64,000 bases of DNA from Camelus dromedarius (Eukaryota), in the NCBI RefSeq assembly GCF_036321535.1, contig NC_087436.1, forward strand, positions 18,788,001 through 18,852,000, read 5' to 3'. The position numbers and the translations under genes are program-made. A model generated the notes under the pieces. The model saw only the letters and a list, made by a program, of their open reading frames with translations. It was not told the DNA's origin and did no database searches. Below, piece by piece: positions 24,237-37,535 of the stretch. Each line of letters begins with the position of its first letter. The first letter of the stretch is position 1.

Positions 24237-25222
24237 GACATCAATATGTAGGAAGACATATAAAATATGTTAGGAAATCGAAAGAATATTTTGAACACCA
24301 TTGAAAAGTCCTATAGACCACCTTTGCTCTTATAGTTACAACAGTACTTATTACGGGCATAAAACAATTAATGTCAGGCCAAGAGACAGCTCACTGGTTG
24401 CCTAAATTATGAAAGATGTTTGTTTTTGCTGTTTCCAGTTGGGGTAGAGGAGAACCTAGGTCATGGGATCTTCTAAGTTCCTCCAGCTTTCCCTCCCACA
24501 TACCCTTTTGCCATTTGTTCCCCCTGAAGCTGCTGGCTGTGTGGTACCTTTTGTGAGGTTTGTTTGCAATGATTGACCTTGATCATGGATGGAAGCAACC
24601 CAAAAAACTTTGTGCTAGGTTAAGTCACAAAATAATTATCCACTGGCCAGTCTCTGGTATGATTTACTGTTAGAATTTGAGGCCAAAACTGGCTTGTCTT
24701 TTGAATATATTATTTGCTCTGTGCTCCAATTTAGTTATAGAAAAGAAACAGAGAAAAGAGGCTATGATTTATAATATGAAAAGAAGCTAGAACTAATCAC
24801 TCATTGTCAACTACCTTGTTGGTTTCTGTACTATTTGTATGCAACCACCCTCTCCTTATTTTTAACAATTATTGTCTGATTATAAATATACTGTCTTTGA
24901 ATATGATACCATCAGCCTATGTAATAGCCACGGCAACACTAAAGAAATCATTGGCAGCTTCAAACTTTTTTTTATGAAGGGGCTTGTTGGAAGAGTGTAG
25001 CAATCTAGTAGGAACTGGGAGATGGGCCATTTGTCTTGAAGCTACATTGGTTAAGTGACAGGAGATTACGGGGGTGGTGGTGGTGGTGACTAAACTTCCC
25101 TCCCTTCAAGCCACTTTGTTGGCACTGCCACGGAAAACAATTCTACTGTGGAAACTTTTTTTCTCCATCTCTTTTGTTGGCAGCTCTTCCTCTACCAGTC
25201 CCTTGACTGTTACTCCCTAAAG

Positions 25223-25382
25223 CAATGGCTCTCAAACTTCAGTGTGCATCAGAATCACCCGGCAGATGTGATAAAACAGATTCCAGAGTTTCTGAGGCCG
25301 TAGGTCTGGAGTGGGGTCTGAGAATTAAGTTCATAGGTGGTGCTGATGCCACCGTTCTGGTGACCACTCTCAAGAACCATGG
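25223..25382. mobile_element. MER5A-type hAT-Charlie non-autonomous element with both ends
   Basis: Degenerate TIRs CAATGGCTCTCAAA / CAAGAACCATGG and 8-bp TSD ccctaaag (25215-25222) / ccctagag (25383-25390). Confidence 0.88.
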
Positions 25383-25706
25383 CCCTAGAGTGCTGTGCTG
25401 TGTAGTGAGATCCTGAGGACATGGTGAAGATCGGAGCCAATGCAGTAAAGGTGATGACCAAATTGCTTTGCATGAGGCAATACAAGGAATGTGTTTTTGC
25501 TTTTGAGTGAGAAAATGAGGAGAAGGGAGAAGGAGGAAGTGAGGTCGCATATATGAGACAGCTTGGGGCTGAGCGATCAGGTACAGATCAAGTCAGCTAT
25601 AGAAATATACTTGGTACAGAGGTCCTTGGAGATCTTTAAAAGTTTCTCCCCAATACCTGGAAAACTCTTAAAATATACCAGAGTCACTTATTTCTTAGCA
25701 AGGGGG

Positions 25707-25718
25707 GTGTGTGTGTGT

Positions 25719-25755
<37 letters not shown>
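25707..25755. repeat. (GT)n(AG)n compound microsatellite
   Basis: Directly visible. Confidence 0.95.
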
Positions 25756-25759
<4 letters not shown>

Positions 25760-26934
25760 TCACATACACACAGAGAATGTGCATGTAAGTATGTGAAGAA
25801 ATTAAGACTAGTGCTGATGCTGCACTTTGATGCAGTTCAGAAGAGAGACATCACCTTTGAGAAGGCAAAGTGATCAGCAAACTAAGGAAGCAGTGGTTTG
25901 TAGCTGGAGGTCATTGAAACATATTGGTCCCTCCCCTCACCCAAATTTACAGTTATCTTGGGGAAGGATTTGGGTTTGCACAGCACATGAAAATGGGGGA
26001 TTGACTCAATCATATCCCGTTCTCTAGGGGCCAGGGAGGCCTCAGCTGGCATCTGGGTTACTTTCTCTTGCAGTTCTCATCTACTTTGTGTTTATTCTTA
26101 AATCTTTCCTTCAGGTAAGCAGAGTCCAAAGGATATCTTCAAATCACTATCTCTAGGGACTCCTATTTGTCATTCTCCTCTTGAATTCACTGGGTTTATA
26201 GAGAGATAACAGCTACACGCTGCGGGTTATTTTTATTCTGACCTCTGGATGAAAGTTGGATATTCTCAAGCTTCTGGGAGGGGAGAAGATACCTCATCTC
26301 CTTTTGGGGGAGACCAGGAGGACAGGAACTGTAAAAACAGACCCATCCTAGCTGAAGGGAACAAGAGGTGCCCTGTGAGCATCTTAAAGCCCAAGAAGAT
26401 GCCTACAACTTCCCATCGCTTTCTTTATTCTGAGGAAATTCCGATATTTAGGAGTTTACATCCTCCTTCCTACAATTCATCTTCAAATCCTCTTCATCCA
26501 TAAAACTCTGTGAGTGCGTGAAGGAAGGAAAGGAAGAAGCAGCTACTTAAGGATTTGGGGCAAACAAACCTGCTTCTTGCCCCCTCTTCCTTAGTTATGT
26601 GGTCTTCATGCTTGGGCATTCGTCTATGAATTTATTTGTTGGTTTCAGCCCTGACTTGTTCAAAATGTTTTGAAATCTCAGAATAAACAGCCAGTTAAAG
26701 GATTTCATTGAGGAGTGAACAGTAGACCTGAATGTGGTGCTCATTAAAGGAGGGATAATGTTGTTTCTCAACATCTCGCTCACCTAAATGATGCTGCGTT
26801 GTGAAAAGTTGAAGAGATTAAATACTGAAAACTTTTATGGTAGTAATGGTGGTTGTGGTGGTGAGTCAGACCATTTCTGCTTGTAGAAATCCTGCACACA
26901 GTCTAGTGATCACCCATAGGACAGTTCAATTATT

Positions 26935-27095
26935 ATTTTTCTTTTTTTTACTTTATTGAGGTATAATTGACAACTAAAAATGGTACATTTAAGATGTGTA
27001 AGTTGATGTTTTGACGTTCATATACATTAGGAGATAATCACTACAAACAAGCTAATTAACATATCCATTACTTCACATAGTTACCACTCTTTAAT
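26935..27095 (-). mobile_element. 5'-truncated L1MA-type 3' end with TSD
   Basis: 'tttattgaggtataattgaca...aagctaattaacatatccattacttcacatagttacc'. TSD ttcaattatt at 26925-26934 and 27096-27105. Confidence 0.85.
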
Positions 27096-27894
27096 TTCAA
27101 TTATTGATGCAGCTTCATGCTAAGTTCTTGGTCAGGGTAAAAAGTCTTTTCCAAGCACCCAAACTTACATCAGTGACAGAGTGTTGGCATAGTCCACAAA
27201 GTGGAGAGTGCCTCATTTGAACTGCTGGAGCATGGAATTATTTTTCCTGCTCCTGACGTCCCTACCCTTCTCCTTACCTGTTGATTTCCATATTGCTTCC
27301 TCCACTCTCCTGGAGTCCCTTTCCAGCGTATTAATACTGTTCGCTACCCACAGAAGGGAAGGTGCGTGAGAGCTGAGCTCTGCCGTGACTGTCAGTTCTA
27401 GGCATTGTGCCAACACCAACAGAATCCCTGTCGGGGCTCTTCCCAGAGGGTACACGATCTTCACTCAACAGACAATAAACAATAGGGAACAAGAATGCCG
27501 GCTATTGGTGTTGCATAAGTGGTGCCTGTTTTCATTATTTCTACTCTTTGTCACTTGTTTATGGATCCTTTATTCAGAGATGATAGAACAAAACCAAAAC
27601 AAGATTCATGGAGGAAATGGTTGTTGAATGCAAACTTTGGGAAGGAATATCGGCAGCTTACATGATTGGTGGAAGAACTATACAACTCAGCCTGGGGAGG
27701 GACGGGTGGTAGAGGCTTTGTCTTCAGTTAGGTTTTTAAATTCCTGGGTGAAAGAATTTGAATCAGACAGAGAATGTTATCTCTACGTTGATTCCAGTCA
27801 TCCATATTACCAGAAGGTAGGACAAGGAGCTCAGCTCCTGTGACTGGGAGAATCCTGGTGAGCTGGGCAACCCCTCTCTCCTGTATGTATGTAC

Positions 27895-27897
<3 letters not shown>

Positions 27898-27937
<40 letters not shown>
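27898..27937. repeat. (AC)~20 microsatellite
   Basis: Directly visible; source of the VCVC ORFs. Confidence 0.97.
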
Positions 27938-27940
<3 letters not shown>

Positions 27941-28164
27941 TACATACATATATGTAATATAAATAATATGTATAAGAAAACAATTCTAGCTGTCTAACAT
28001 CTTTATCATCATCATCTATCAAGACTTTATTTTTTAGAGAATTTTTAGGTTTGCAGCAAAATTGAGAAGATACAGAGCTTTCTAGGTTTTGTAGCTCTTT
28101 CATCTACAGAATTTCAGCAGTTTTAGACAGTGGTATAAAAATTTTCTCCTTCACTGTCTCTCGA

Positions 28165-28275
28165 GCCTTGCTACTTAGTGTCTGATCCTTGCACCAGCAG
28201 CAGTGGGACCACCTGGTAGCTTGTCAGAAGTGCAGAACCTTGGGCTTACCCCAGACTAACGTAATAAGATCATAT
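28165..28275. mobile_element. MER5B-like hAT fragment
   Basis: 'caccagcagcagtgggaccacctggtagcttgtcagaagtgcagaaccttgggc...ccccagact'. Confidence 0.6.
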
Positions 28276-30234
28276 CTAGTGTTTTTTACTCTCTGGCTAT
28301 TTGGTGACCGATACTGCAAGCTTTTGAGAATCTGGTCCAATCAGCAGTTTGCTATTAGTGCCACTCAGATCGAAATACATTCGCTTGACATATTTGACTT
28401 AATGGGAGTGGGGAGAGACTAAGTGGCCTTAAGAACCTTCGCAGGTGAGGGTTCTTTTAGACCATGTTCACCACCAGTATTTTCATGTTCAATTTTACTG
28501 CTTTCCTTATCAGATGACTGTTCTTTGAGTTTTTGCTTTGAAAAGGTTGCCGATGGTTTCATTTCACATAATGGATTCAAAAACATTTAAGAGGCCCTCC
28601 CCCACACCAAAACTTCTGAGAGGTTGTTTGATCAACAGAAATGTGTAGGAAAAACCTCATTATAACTGAAACTAAAACGAAAACTAAGACTTATCTGCAG
28701 AGTCATTTCTATTAGAATTCTTTGAAGATGCCAAATAAGCAGCAGAATAAAGATAGACCAGGAAACATAATTTATTTAATCTTTGAAAAATACTCATAAG
28801 CTTTAGTAAGAAAAATTAATTCATCGTTGACTGTGGGGTTCCTCCTCCCCATAAAGTCTTTGTTTCCTGTCAAGAAATAAAAGGCAGAGATACACAGTAT
28901 TTTTCTGAAGAAGGGAATATTGATGGTGTAATATCCCAGAAATTATTTCTTCCATTTATCTAAATTAATGTTTTTCTAAATAATCTGCATAGTCAATTAT
29001 GCACAGTTAAATGGCAAGTGGTGAACACAATAACAACATATGGGAAGCTAATGACTATTTCTAGTTTGAATTTAAGGTGTGGTTGCGTCTTGGTTGAATT
29101 TCAAATATGAGCATCTGATCTCTTAGCTTACAGACTTAGAACCTTGGTTATCTTTTTCTTGAGAGGCTTTCCAGAAAAATGACTGCCTTAACTTGGAAGA
29201 GGATTAAAGATAAGAGAGTGCGGTTTTTATAAAAACTGTCTTCCTCCTTATAAGAATCTATAGATGTTTCTTGTAGGAAACAGAACCTATTAAAATATTT
29301 GTAGGAAACTGAGTATATGAAAATATTCTAATTAAAAATATAATACCCTTCATCCGCCTCCCAGCATTGTTAACATTTTGGGTTTCAATCTTTTGCTGTC
29401 TGTATATACAGTAAAATTTTACTAACCTTAAATGAAAATCTTTGTATATTTAAGTGTTTTCTGGCTTAATATATAAACTAAAATTATTTTAGTAGGTTTT
29501 TTGTAATTACCCTCCATAAAGTGGTAACAATTTGCATTCTTTTCAGTTGGGTATGAGAGTGCCTATTTTCCTACATTTTCATCAACATAAGAGATGTCAC
29601 CCAGTTGCCCTTGGCATTGGCCTTTCTCTCATGGACCTGTTGCTGAGGTGCTTGGTCCCACCTGCCCGTTGGGCCTATGATACCGTCTTCTACCATTGAT
29701 CACCAATTGTCCTTGACTCTGCTTTGAAGAGCTGAATCTCAGAAATATCTATTTGCTAAGATTCCAGGCCTCTTTTTTGGCACCAGTCTTCCCCTGGGAT
29801 AGGCGTATTAGAAAACATCTGGGTTTTCTTCATCCCACATAAAACGTGGGAGAAATTTTTCTTACTCTTTGCTCTGATAGTGAAGCACTGCCACTATTGC
29901 ACCATATTGGGTGTGGCTCCAGCCTGAAGGCAAGGCTTCTGAGTTTGCTGCTTCCCTTGACAACACCTGGAAGAGGGGGATGCTAGCTTTGATGTTCTGC
30001 TATTCTTTGATATTTATTTGAGTGTCTCTGCAGTTCATTCCCTATATCCCACGGAGGTTTGGAATTTGACCTCCTTGCTCTGTCCCTTTCATAACTTCCT
30101 CTTTCTTTCAGACATGGAAGTGTTTTCTTTTTCTTTCATTTCCTTTCTAGTCTGGCTGGGAGTCTGTCTACATACGTTATTTTTCAGGATGTTATGATGA
30201 GAAGCATGCAGAGAATAATGATGATTTATTTTAT

Positions 30235-30488
30235 GTCTTTAACTAGTGCCTTTATAGCACTTAATCGATGCAAGGCACAATTTTAAACACTTCACAAATA
30301 TTGATTCATTTAGCCCTCATTATAATCCCACAGGATAGCTACTGTCATTATCCCCACTTTTACTACTGAATTGAGGTTCAGAGAAGTTGTATAACTAGTC
30401 CATGTTTACATAGCTTGTAAGTGGTAGAGACAGGATTTGAACTGAGACACTCACAGCCTATACACTTTTCACTACACTACACTGCCTC
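30235..30488 (-). mobile_element. MIR SINE, near full length
   Basis: 'cattatccccactttt...ttgaggttcagagaagttg...gtaagtggtagagacaggatttgaact...ctacactacactgcctc'. Confidence 0.85.
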
Positions 30489-30939
30489 ATATTTGAAGAA
30501 GTCTCATTTTAAACTGCCTCACGTATAGAGCTTCAAAAGAGAAATGAAAATACATTATTTTAATACTTTCAAGATTTTCCCTCCTTATACACACATAAAC
30601 ACAGAAAAAAAGACTGGAAGAGTATAAACTAAAAATGTTTAATGGCAGTTATTATTGAATGTTGGGATTATTGTGCAGGTGATTTTAATTTTACTTCTAG
30701 GGGCTAATATAAATTTGCTATGGTATGGATGATTACCATTATGTTCAGTCAAACCACACATCTATTAATAAAAAAGATTATTTGTAAACATAGACTTATA
30801 CTGAAAAGACTAGGTTCATAAAAGGACTATTTTTTCTTTCATTAATTCATTCAATACTGATTGAAGGAATGTACCTTACATTACACTATGACTAAGGATA
30901 TGGAGATGAACAAAACTGCTCCTTCCCTGAGCAGTTTAA

Positions 30940-33410
30940 GAGAAAGTCAGCTAAAACAGAAGATTTAATAATATACAGTCTCATAACATAACAGAAAAAT
31001 GTCTAGGTTCTTAATTCATAGTCACTCATCATACCAAGAAGCAGGAAGTTCTCAAACTGAATGAGAAAGACAATCAATAGATGCCAATAACAAGATGACA
31101 AAGATGTTAGATTGGCAAATATTTTAAAGCAGCTGTGATAAAAAAAAATGATCAAAAAGGAAGTTATAAACATGCTTGAAACAAATGGAAAAGTTGAAAG
31201 TCTCAACAAAGAAATATAAGATATAAGGAGAATCAAATGAAAAAAATTAAACTGAAAAGTACAATAACCAAAACACAGAGTTCAGTGGATGGACTCAGCA
31301 GCAGAATGGATGTGACAGAGGAAAGAATCAGTGAACTTGAAGATAGAAAAATAGAAACCAGCAGATCTAGCCTATAACGGAAGTTCTCTAAACAGAAACA
31401 ATATGATAAAAGAAAGAACCACAGAAGAATCAGGAAGGAAGGAAGAACAAAGTAAATTAAAACATGGGTAACTAAAATAGGCTTTCCTTCTACTCATAAG
31501 TTTTCTAAATTATGTTTGAAGATTGAAACAAAAATCATAGCACTCATGGTACTAAATGAACAAAGAGGAATTGCTTAGGGAAATTATGTTATCAATGAAG
31601 GAGGATCAAGAGACATAAAGGGAGGTAAGGTATTGATGCTTCAGACAAACTGATAACATGGTGACACCTGTGAGCTGTGATATATAGTAAATATATATAA
31701 TTAATATAATATCTAGATAATGTCTCTGGATAATTACATTATCTAGATAGATAATGTAACATCTATAGCAACTACTGAAAAAGTTGGGTACTAAAAAAAG
31801 TATAGATAATTCAAAATGGGTTCTAAAAATGTTCATGTAGCCCACTGAAGACAGACAAAAGGAAATAGAGAAAAAAAAAACCAAACAAACCCAAAGAGAA
31901 TAAACAGAAAAGAAAATTTAAATGACAGATATAAGTCCTAGCAATAATTATGTTACATATAAATGGTCTAAATATGCCAATTAAAAGACAAAGATGGGCA
32001 GATTGAATGAATAAAATGACCCAACTATGTTTTGTCTATTAAAAATTCATTTCAATCATAACCACTGAGGCAGATTGAAAGTAAAAAGACAGAAAACATC
32101 ATTCACACATTAATCAAAGAAAAGCTCAGTTTGCTATATTAATATCAGATTAAGTTCACTTTAGAACAAAGAAAACCACCAGAGACAGAAAAGATTATTA
32201 TATAATGGTAAATAGGTCAACTCACCAAGAATACATAGCAATCCTAAATGTATATGCATTTATTAACAAAGCTGAAAAATATATGAAACCAAAACTGATG
32301 CAAATGAAAGGAGAAATAGACAAATCACAATTATATTTAGAGACTTTAAAAATCCTCTCTTAACAATTAATAGGAAAACTGGACAGAAAATCAGCAAGAA
32401 TACATAAGAGCTCAACAACACCCTTGACCAATAGTATCTGATTGATATTTGTCTAAAATTACACCCCAAAACAGCAAAATGAATATTCTGGGCCATAAAA
32501 TAAACTTCAACACGTTTGAAAGAATTGAAATTATACAGAGTGTGCTCTGTAGCTACAGTGAAATCAAACTAGAAATCAATAACAGAAAGAATGGGAAAAT
32601 CTCCAAACATTTGGAAATTATACGATATACCTTTTAATTATCCTTAGATCAAGGAAGAGTTCTCAAGGGAAATAAAAAATGATGTTTAACTGAATGAAAA
32701 TGAAAATAGTGGGAAAGAGCTGAAACAATACTGAGAGAAGAATTTATATCTTTGAGTATGTACATAAGAAAAGGGGACGTCGCATATCAATAATCTAAGC
32801 TCCCACCACAATAAATTGGAAGAATAATGGCAATATAAACTCAAAGCAAGCAGAAAGAATGAAATATAAACAGCAGAAATAAATAAAAATTGAAAACAAA
32901 AAACAGAAAAAATGAGTGTAATAAAGAGTTGATGTTTTGCAAAGAGAAATAAAATTAAAATACTACCCGTAACAATACTACAGGCACTGAAACAGGGACT
33001 ACTATCACTACAGATCCTACAGATATTAAAAGGATAATAAGGGAATGCCACAATAAACTCCACATGCATACATGTGACAACTCAGGTGAAATGAGCTAAT
33101 TCCTTCAAAAATATACAAACTACCACAACTCACGCAGTTTGAAATAGCTAATTTGAATAGGCTTTTAACTATTAAGGAAATAAAATTTAATTAAAAGTCT
33201 CCCCCAAAAAGGAAATCTCTAGGCCACTGGAGGATTCAACCAAAAGTTCAAAGAAAAATTAACACCAATTCTACACAGCCTTTTCCAAAAAATAGAAGAG
33301 AAGGGAATAATTCCCAATTCACAATATGAAGCGACTATTATCTTAATACTAAAAGCAGATGAAAACAGTACAGAAAAGAAAAAATAAAGACCAATATCTC
33401 TCATGAATAT
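30940..33410 (+). mobile_element. Old L1 (L1M) fragment: partial ORF1, inter-ORF region, ORF2 endonuclease to start of RT
   Basis: ORF1-like 'gcagaatggatgtgacagaggaaagaatcagtgaacttgaagatag', ORF2 start region near 31920-31990 'aatggtctaaatatgccaattaaaagacaaag' (NGLNMPIKRQ), ending at 'agaccaatatctctcatgaatat' (RPISLMN). Confidence 0.88.
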
Positions 33411-33589
33411 ATAGCATTACAGATATGGATGGTACGTGTCCATTCACTAGTATTTTGGGGTTTGTAAGGTACCTTGTCATCTAGTTTTGTTTTAGCTGCT
33501 GCCTATTTAGTTTTGCTGTCTCGTGAACTCTTCTCTTTTTATGCCTGGGTTTTGGTGAGGATAAAAACATGCTTTTACTGCCACTGCTA

Positions 33590-34140
33590 CCTTGCCAGAA
33601 TCCTCTCAAAATGGAATTCCTGATTATTCATCCCAAACAAGTCTTTACTAAATCTTTTCCATATCAATAAATGGCATCACTAATCAGTCATTAATGCAAA
33701 CTCAAAACTAAGGTGTCATCAATTAAGACCTTTCCTTTCATCTTTCACAGCTAATCCATCAACAAATCCTGTTTATTGTATGTCCAAGATACATACTACA
33801 TTTATTAATTCCTCTTCATCTTCACTATCATCACTCAAGTCCAACATGCTATCATTTCCTACCCAGATTTCTATATTATCCTCTTTATTGGACCCCTTGT
33901 TTACACTCTTCTTCTATAAGAGCCAGAATGATCTTTTAAAATTATAATTAAGATTGTCACCTTTATGTTTAAGTGGGTTTTAATAAAATTTCCATAGAAT
34001 AAAATCTTTCAATAGCATAAAATCCCAACAGCTTTGCAGGTCCAAAAAGTCCCTGTGTAATTGCATCCATTCCTGATTTTCCAAACCTCATCTCTTACCT
34101 CTCTTTTACTTTCTCACTATTTTCTATCCACAGTAGTATA
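33590..34140 (+). mobile_element. L2 LINE fragment
   Basis: 'tcaataaatggcatcact', 'aatccatcaacaaatcctgt', 'agccagaatgatcttttaaaa'. Confidence 0.7.
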
Positions 34141-35569
34141 GTTTTAGGTTAAATAAGTAATTAATAGAAAAGGAGAAAATATAGAAAAAGTCTAATGACC
34201 TCATTGAAGTAGAACAAGAAGTAAAATGAGAGTACAGAGTAAGAGAAAATGAAAATCAGGAGATTGTGGTCAGGAGGAGAGATGCTTGTGATTAATAGTT
34301 TTGTCATGGGACAGTTTTAGGTGGAAGAAAGTTTTCGGGTGTTGCCTGTGTGTGGATGGTGGCACATGAGGAATGCTAATGAAAATTATTGGAGTTGTGA
34401 CAGTTAATGAAATCAGTTTTCAAAAATAAAGTGAATAAATATCTGGACTATTTCATGCAGTCCTGGTTTCTATATGTTAAGAAATGATAATGGCAGTAGA
34501 GAAATGCATATAATATAAAATTAAAGTTTAGACAAAGGCTGCAGAAAAGAAAATTTAGCTTTGATTAATAAATTTACAGAAGTTGTTTTCTCAAAGGCTA
34601 ATAAGGGTGAAATCTATCATATTAAAATTTTCCTGTCTTGTGCTCTCATTTTTTTCAGGAAAACTGAACAGAGAAGTAGAAATTAATTAAAATTTTTTAA
34701 AAAGATTCTATCCTGAATGTAAATACAGCAAAATTTAGATTTAGCAGGATTTAACCTGGTTTAAATCCTTGTCTCTGATGCCATAACAGATTTAGAAATT
34801 ATACTTTGATACATTGTTGCATTCCGAGGAACCATGATTTGACCAAGAGTATGACCAAATATCTGTTTAAAAACGTATTTGTCCATTAGCAGGCTAGGAT
34901 TTTATGGGCTTCATATTGAACAAAAATTAGAAATTATTTTATTGCTAATTGAAAGGAGACGTTAAATCCGAGGTCCAATACTGTAACAAGCCTGAGGCCC
35001 CTGCTAGGATCTGACTGTCATCACGAATCACGGGAAACTGTGATGTTCTAAGGCTGACTCTAAAAGCTCTAAATTGATTTTGGTGGTTGAAAATGAATTT
35101 TGGCCTTCTTATTTAATTTTGGCCAGTTGATTTTTGTGTATTTTCTATTATTGTATGTATGTATGCATGCATTTTGAGGGAAAAAAATCTGGAGAGATTT
35201 TATCAGTTTTTATTTTTTGTCACAAGCAATTAGGACCTTCAACTTAAAATTCTGAAATAAATTATTCTAAAATAAATTAACGTCAGCATAAAAGATGAAA
35301 ATATAGTTGGGCACATGGACTTAGTTAAATTACATTATGCCTAGGGTACATTTGGTTGAAATTATCCATTAAAAAGTAAAACATAAAGCAGACTACATTG
35401 TGCCTGGTGCCTTCTACTTGGACGGAGAGGGCACCATTCAGGGGAAGATATACTGGTAGCATCAGCAAGGTTGGTGGCAGTGAGGACGCGAAGTGGGTGG
35501 ATAAAAAGATGTTTTAAGAAGATGAAAAACCAACAAGTATAACCCGTTTTTGAAACCCCACTTAGTCTT

Positions 35570-35886
35570 AACGTGGAGGTCTTTATACTCAAACTAGCAC
35601 AAAAGTGCTTTCACTTGGCCTATACAGTGTTTTAAAAAACTGAATTAGTTATCAACCTTTTAATGTAGGGAGTTTCTTTGCATAAAAATACCGATTTTTA
35701 GTTTTCCTTGAAAATGTGGGTGCTCGACCAGATGGACTCTCTTGGCACAAAGGAGCCCGTTGGGGCTGATGAGCTGCCTGAAGACCACGTGCTTTCCAGG
35801 CTCCTACAGTCGCCCACCTGACAGTTTCACTCATTTTCAGGACACCTTTCTGCTCCCCCTGGAGACACTTAAGTTTGCAACTTCTA
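35570..35886. mobile_element. Probable old hAT element (MER102-like)
   Basis: 'ttggcctatacagtgttttaaaaaa...' and terminus 'acttaagtttgcaacttct'; family recalled from memory only. Confidence 0.4.
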
Positions 35887-36619
35887 CCCAAATGTTAAAT
35901 AAAATCCCTTCATAGGTAGTTTATAAGAAGCGAGAATACTACTTGTTAGTTTGGGTCAAGAGTGTTCAAACAGCACTTTCTATCACTAATGTTTGTTCTA
36001 TAAAGATGGTGAAGCTGTAACATGTTAATTTGATGTCTCTTGGCCACTTGAAGTTGGGATGCTCAGAAACAGGAGTCAGGAGAATGGGAGGAGAAGGAAA
36101 GAAGGAAGAGAATTGGTAACTGAAGAATACATACAAGCTTTTGGAGGCATGGGGAACTCAGAACGGACCTGAGTGGCATTTAAAAGACATCTTGCAGGCT
36201 AGAGATTAGGAAGCTTGGCAGAAGTTGTTGATTAGAAGCTTTGGGTTCATAAAAAAGAGAGGCTGATAGAGAGAAATTTCTGTAACTGGATGAGTGTTTC
36301 CTGGTTGGAGATTTTTATTACTAAGGATAAAGCCATTTCACCTTTACTTGAGGGTGCAGTTGGGGCCCATCAAGAAAAAAAGGCACCAGGAGAAAAAAAT
36401 TCTAATTTGTGTTTCTGGAATAGAAAAGATCCTTCCTTCCCCCTCCCTCCTTCCCTCCTTCCTTCTTTTCCTTTCTTTCAAACAATGTACTGAGCACATG
36501 CTGTCTTTGTGATGTACTTGTGCATTGCTGACAGTCATCCAAGGCAATGTGTGTTTACTGCTGTTATAGGGGCTCAGAGTACAAGAGGAGAGGGCCCAAG
36601 CTCAACTGGGGAAGGTGGT

Positions 36620-36745
36620 GTGATGTGAAAAGAGGAACGGGCTTGGGGTCAGATACATCTGGGTAACATTTAGATTCTACATCTTCCTATCTATATGGCC
36701 TTTAATGAGTTATCTTCAAATCCTACTTTCCTTATCTGTTAACGT
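36620..36745 (+). mobile_element. MIR fragment
   Basis: 'gggcttggggtcagatacatctgggt...tttccttatctgt'. Confidence 0.6.
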
Positions 36746-36749
36746 GGAG

Positions 36750-37535
36750 CATCAGTATTTACTGAGCACTTACTATACACTAAGTACATGATATGTATTA
36801 TTTCAGTTGATCCTCACAAGAGCACCATGAGAAAGATTATTATCCTCTTTTTACTGATGAAGAAATGGAGGCAGAAGCTCTGTCCCTTTTCCAAGGTCAC
36901 ACAGCTGTTTTATTACAGGTTTTATTATTATTAAGATAGGGTAAGGCCAATAGATCAGAACAGGATTGCTACTGATAAGATTGTTATACTCACAGATACC
37001 AAGAGGAAGGGGCATACCATGCCAGGAGTGGAAGGGAGTGAGGTGGTGGGGGCACATGGGGAAGCACTGGAGTCAGGAGACAGAGGGAGAAAGGGAAACT
37101 GTGGGCAAGAGCCTTTACTGTGACTTCCCAGGGAAGGGGCATAGAGGCAGGGAAGCGAGTGTAGGATTGGCTAGTTTGCATAACTCCAGTGGGCTCTGGA
37201 GTATGTGTGTTGTCCCTGGTTGCCTTGGTACCCGGTCTGGGGGAAAGTAGGGCAGGCAGATTGTGGTCTGGAGTGTGAGAGCCCTATCTAGGAGGTGGTT
37301 AGGGGTGTGGGCTCTGGATGCTTGGTTTGCATTTGAAAAACAGGAAGTGTTTTACTGTCTCTAGGAACTTGGGAGGGGCAATATACCTCCATGGTCTGCA
37401 AGGCTCCAGATGTCAAAGCATCAGAATACAAACAAAAGACAGAGATAATACAAAGGCTTGTAAATAAGTGATGAAGCTGCAGTTTGGATACTGGTTTCTT
37501 GACTCGAACCCAAGTCCTTAACATTCTGTGGCTGG
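36750..37535 (-). mobile_element. MIR SINE split by an LTR (36750-36905 and ~37460-37535)
   Basis: 'tatttactgagcacttactat...gatgaagaaatggaggcagaag...ccaaggtcacacagct' resumes after the LTR as 'aagtgatgaagctgcagtttgg...tcttgactc'. Confidence 0.75.
36906..37452 (-). mobile_element. ERVL solo LTR, MER74-like
   Basis: Minus strand starts TGTATTATCTCTGTCTTTTGTTTGTATTCTGATGCTTTGACATCTGGAGCCTTGCAGACC. TG...CA termini, degenerate 5-bp TSD acagc/aaggc. Confidence 0.75.

Noticed and set aside
27728..28103. Cys/Val-rich ORFs (also at 13813-14110, 25563-25796 and 49883-50122)
   Set aside because: They are translations of dinucleotide microsatellites.
36620..36905. Two adjacent oppositely oriented MIR pieces as a dsRNA or miRNA-forming hairpin
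   Set aside because: The copies are too diverged, with little visible complementarity, to support a long stem.
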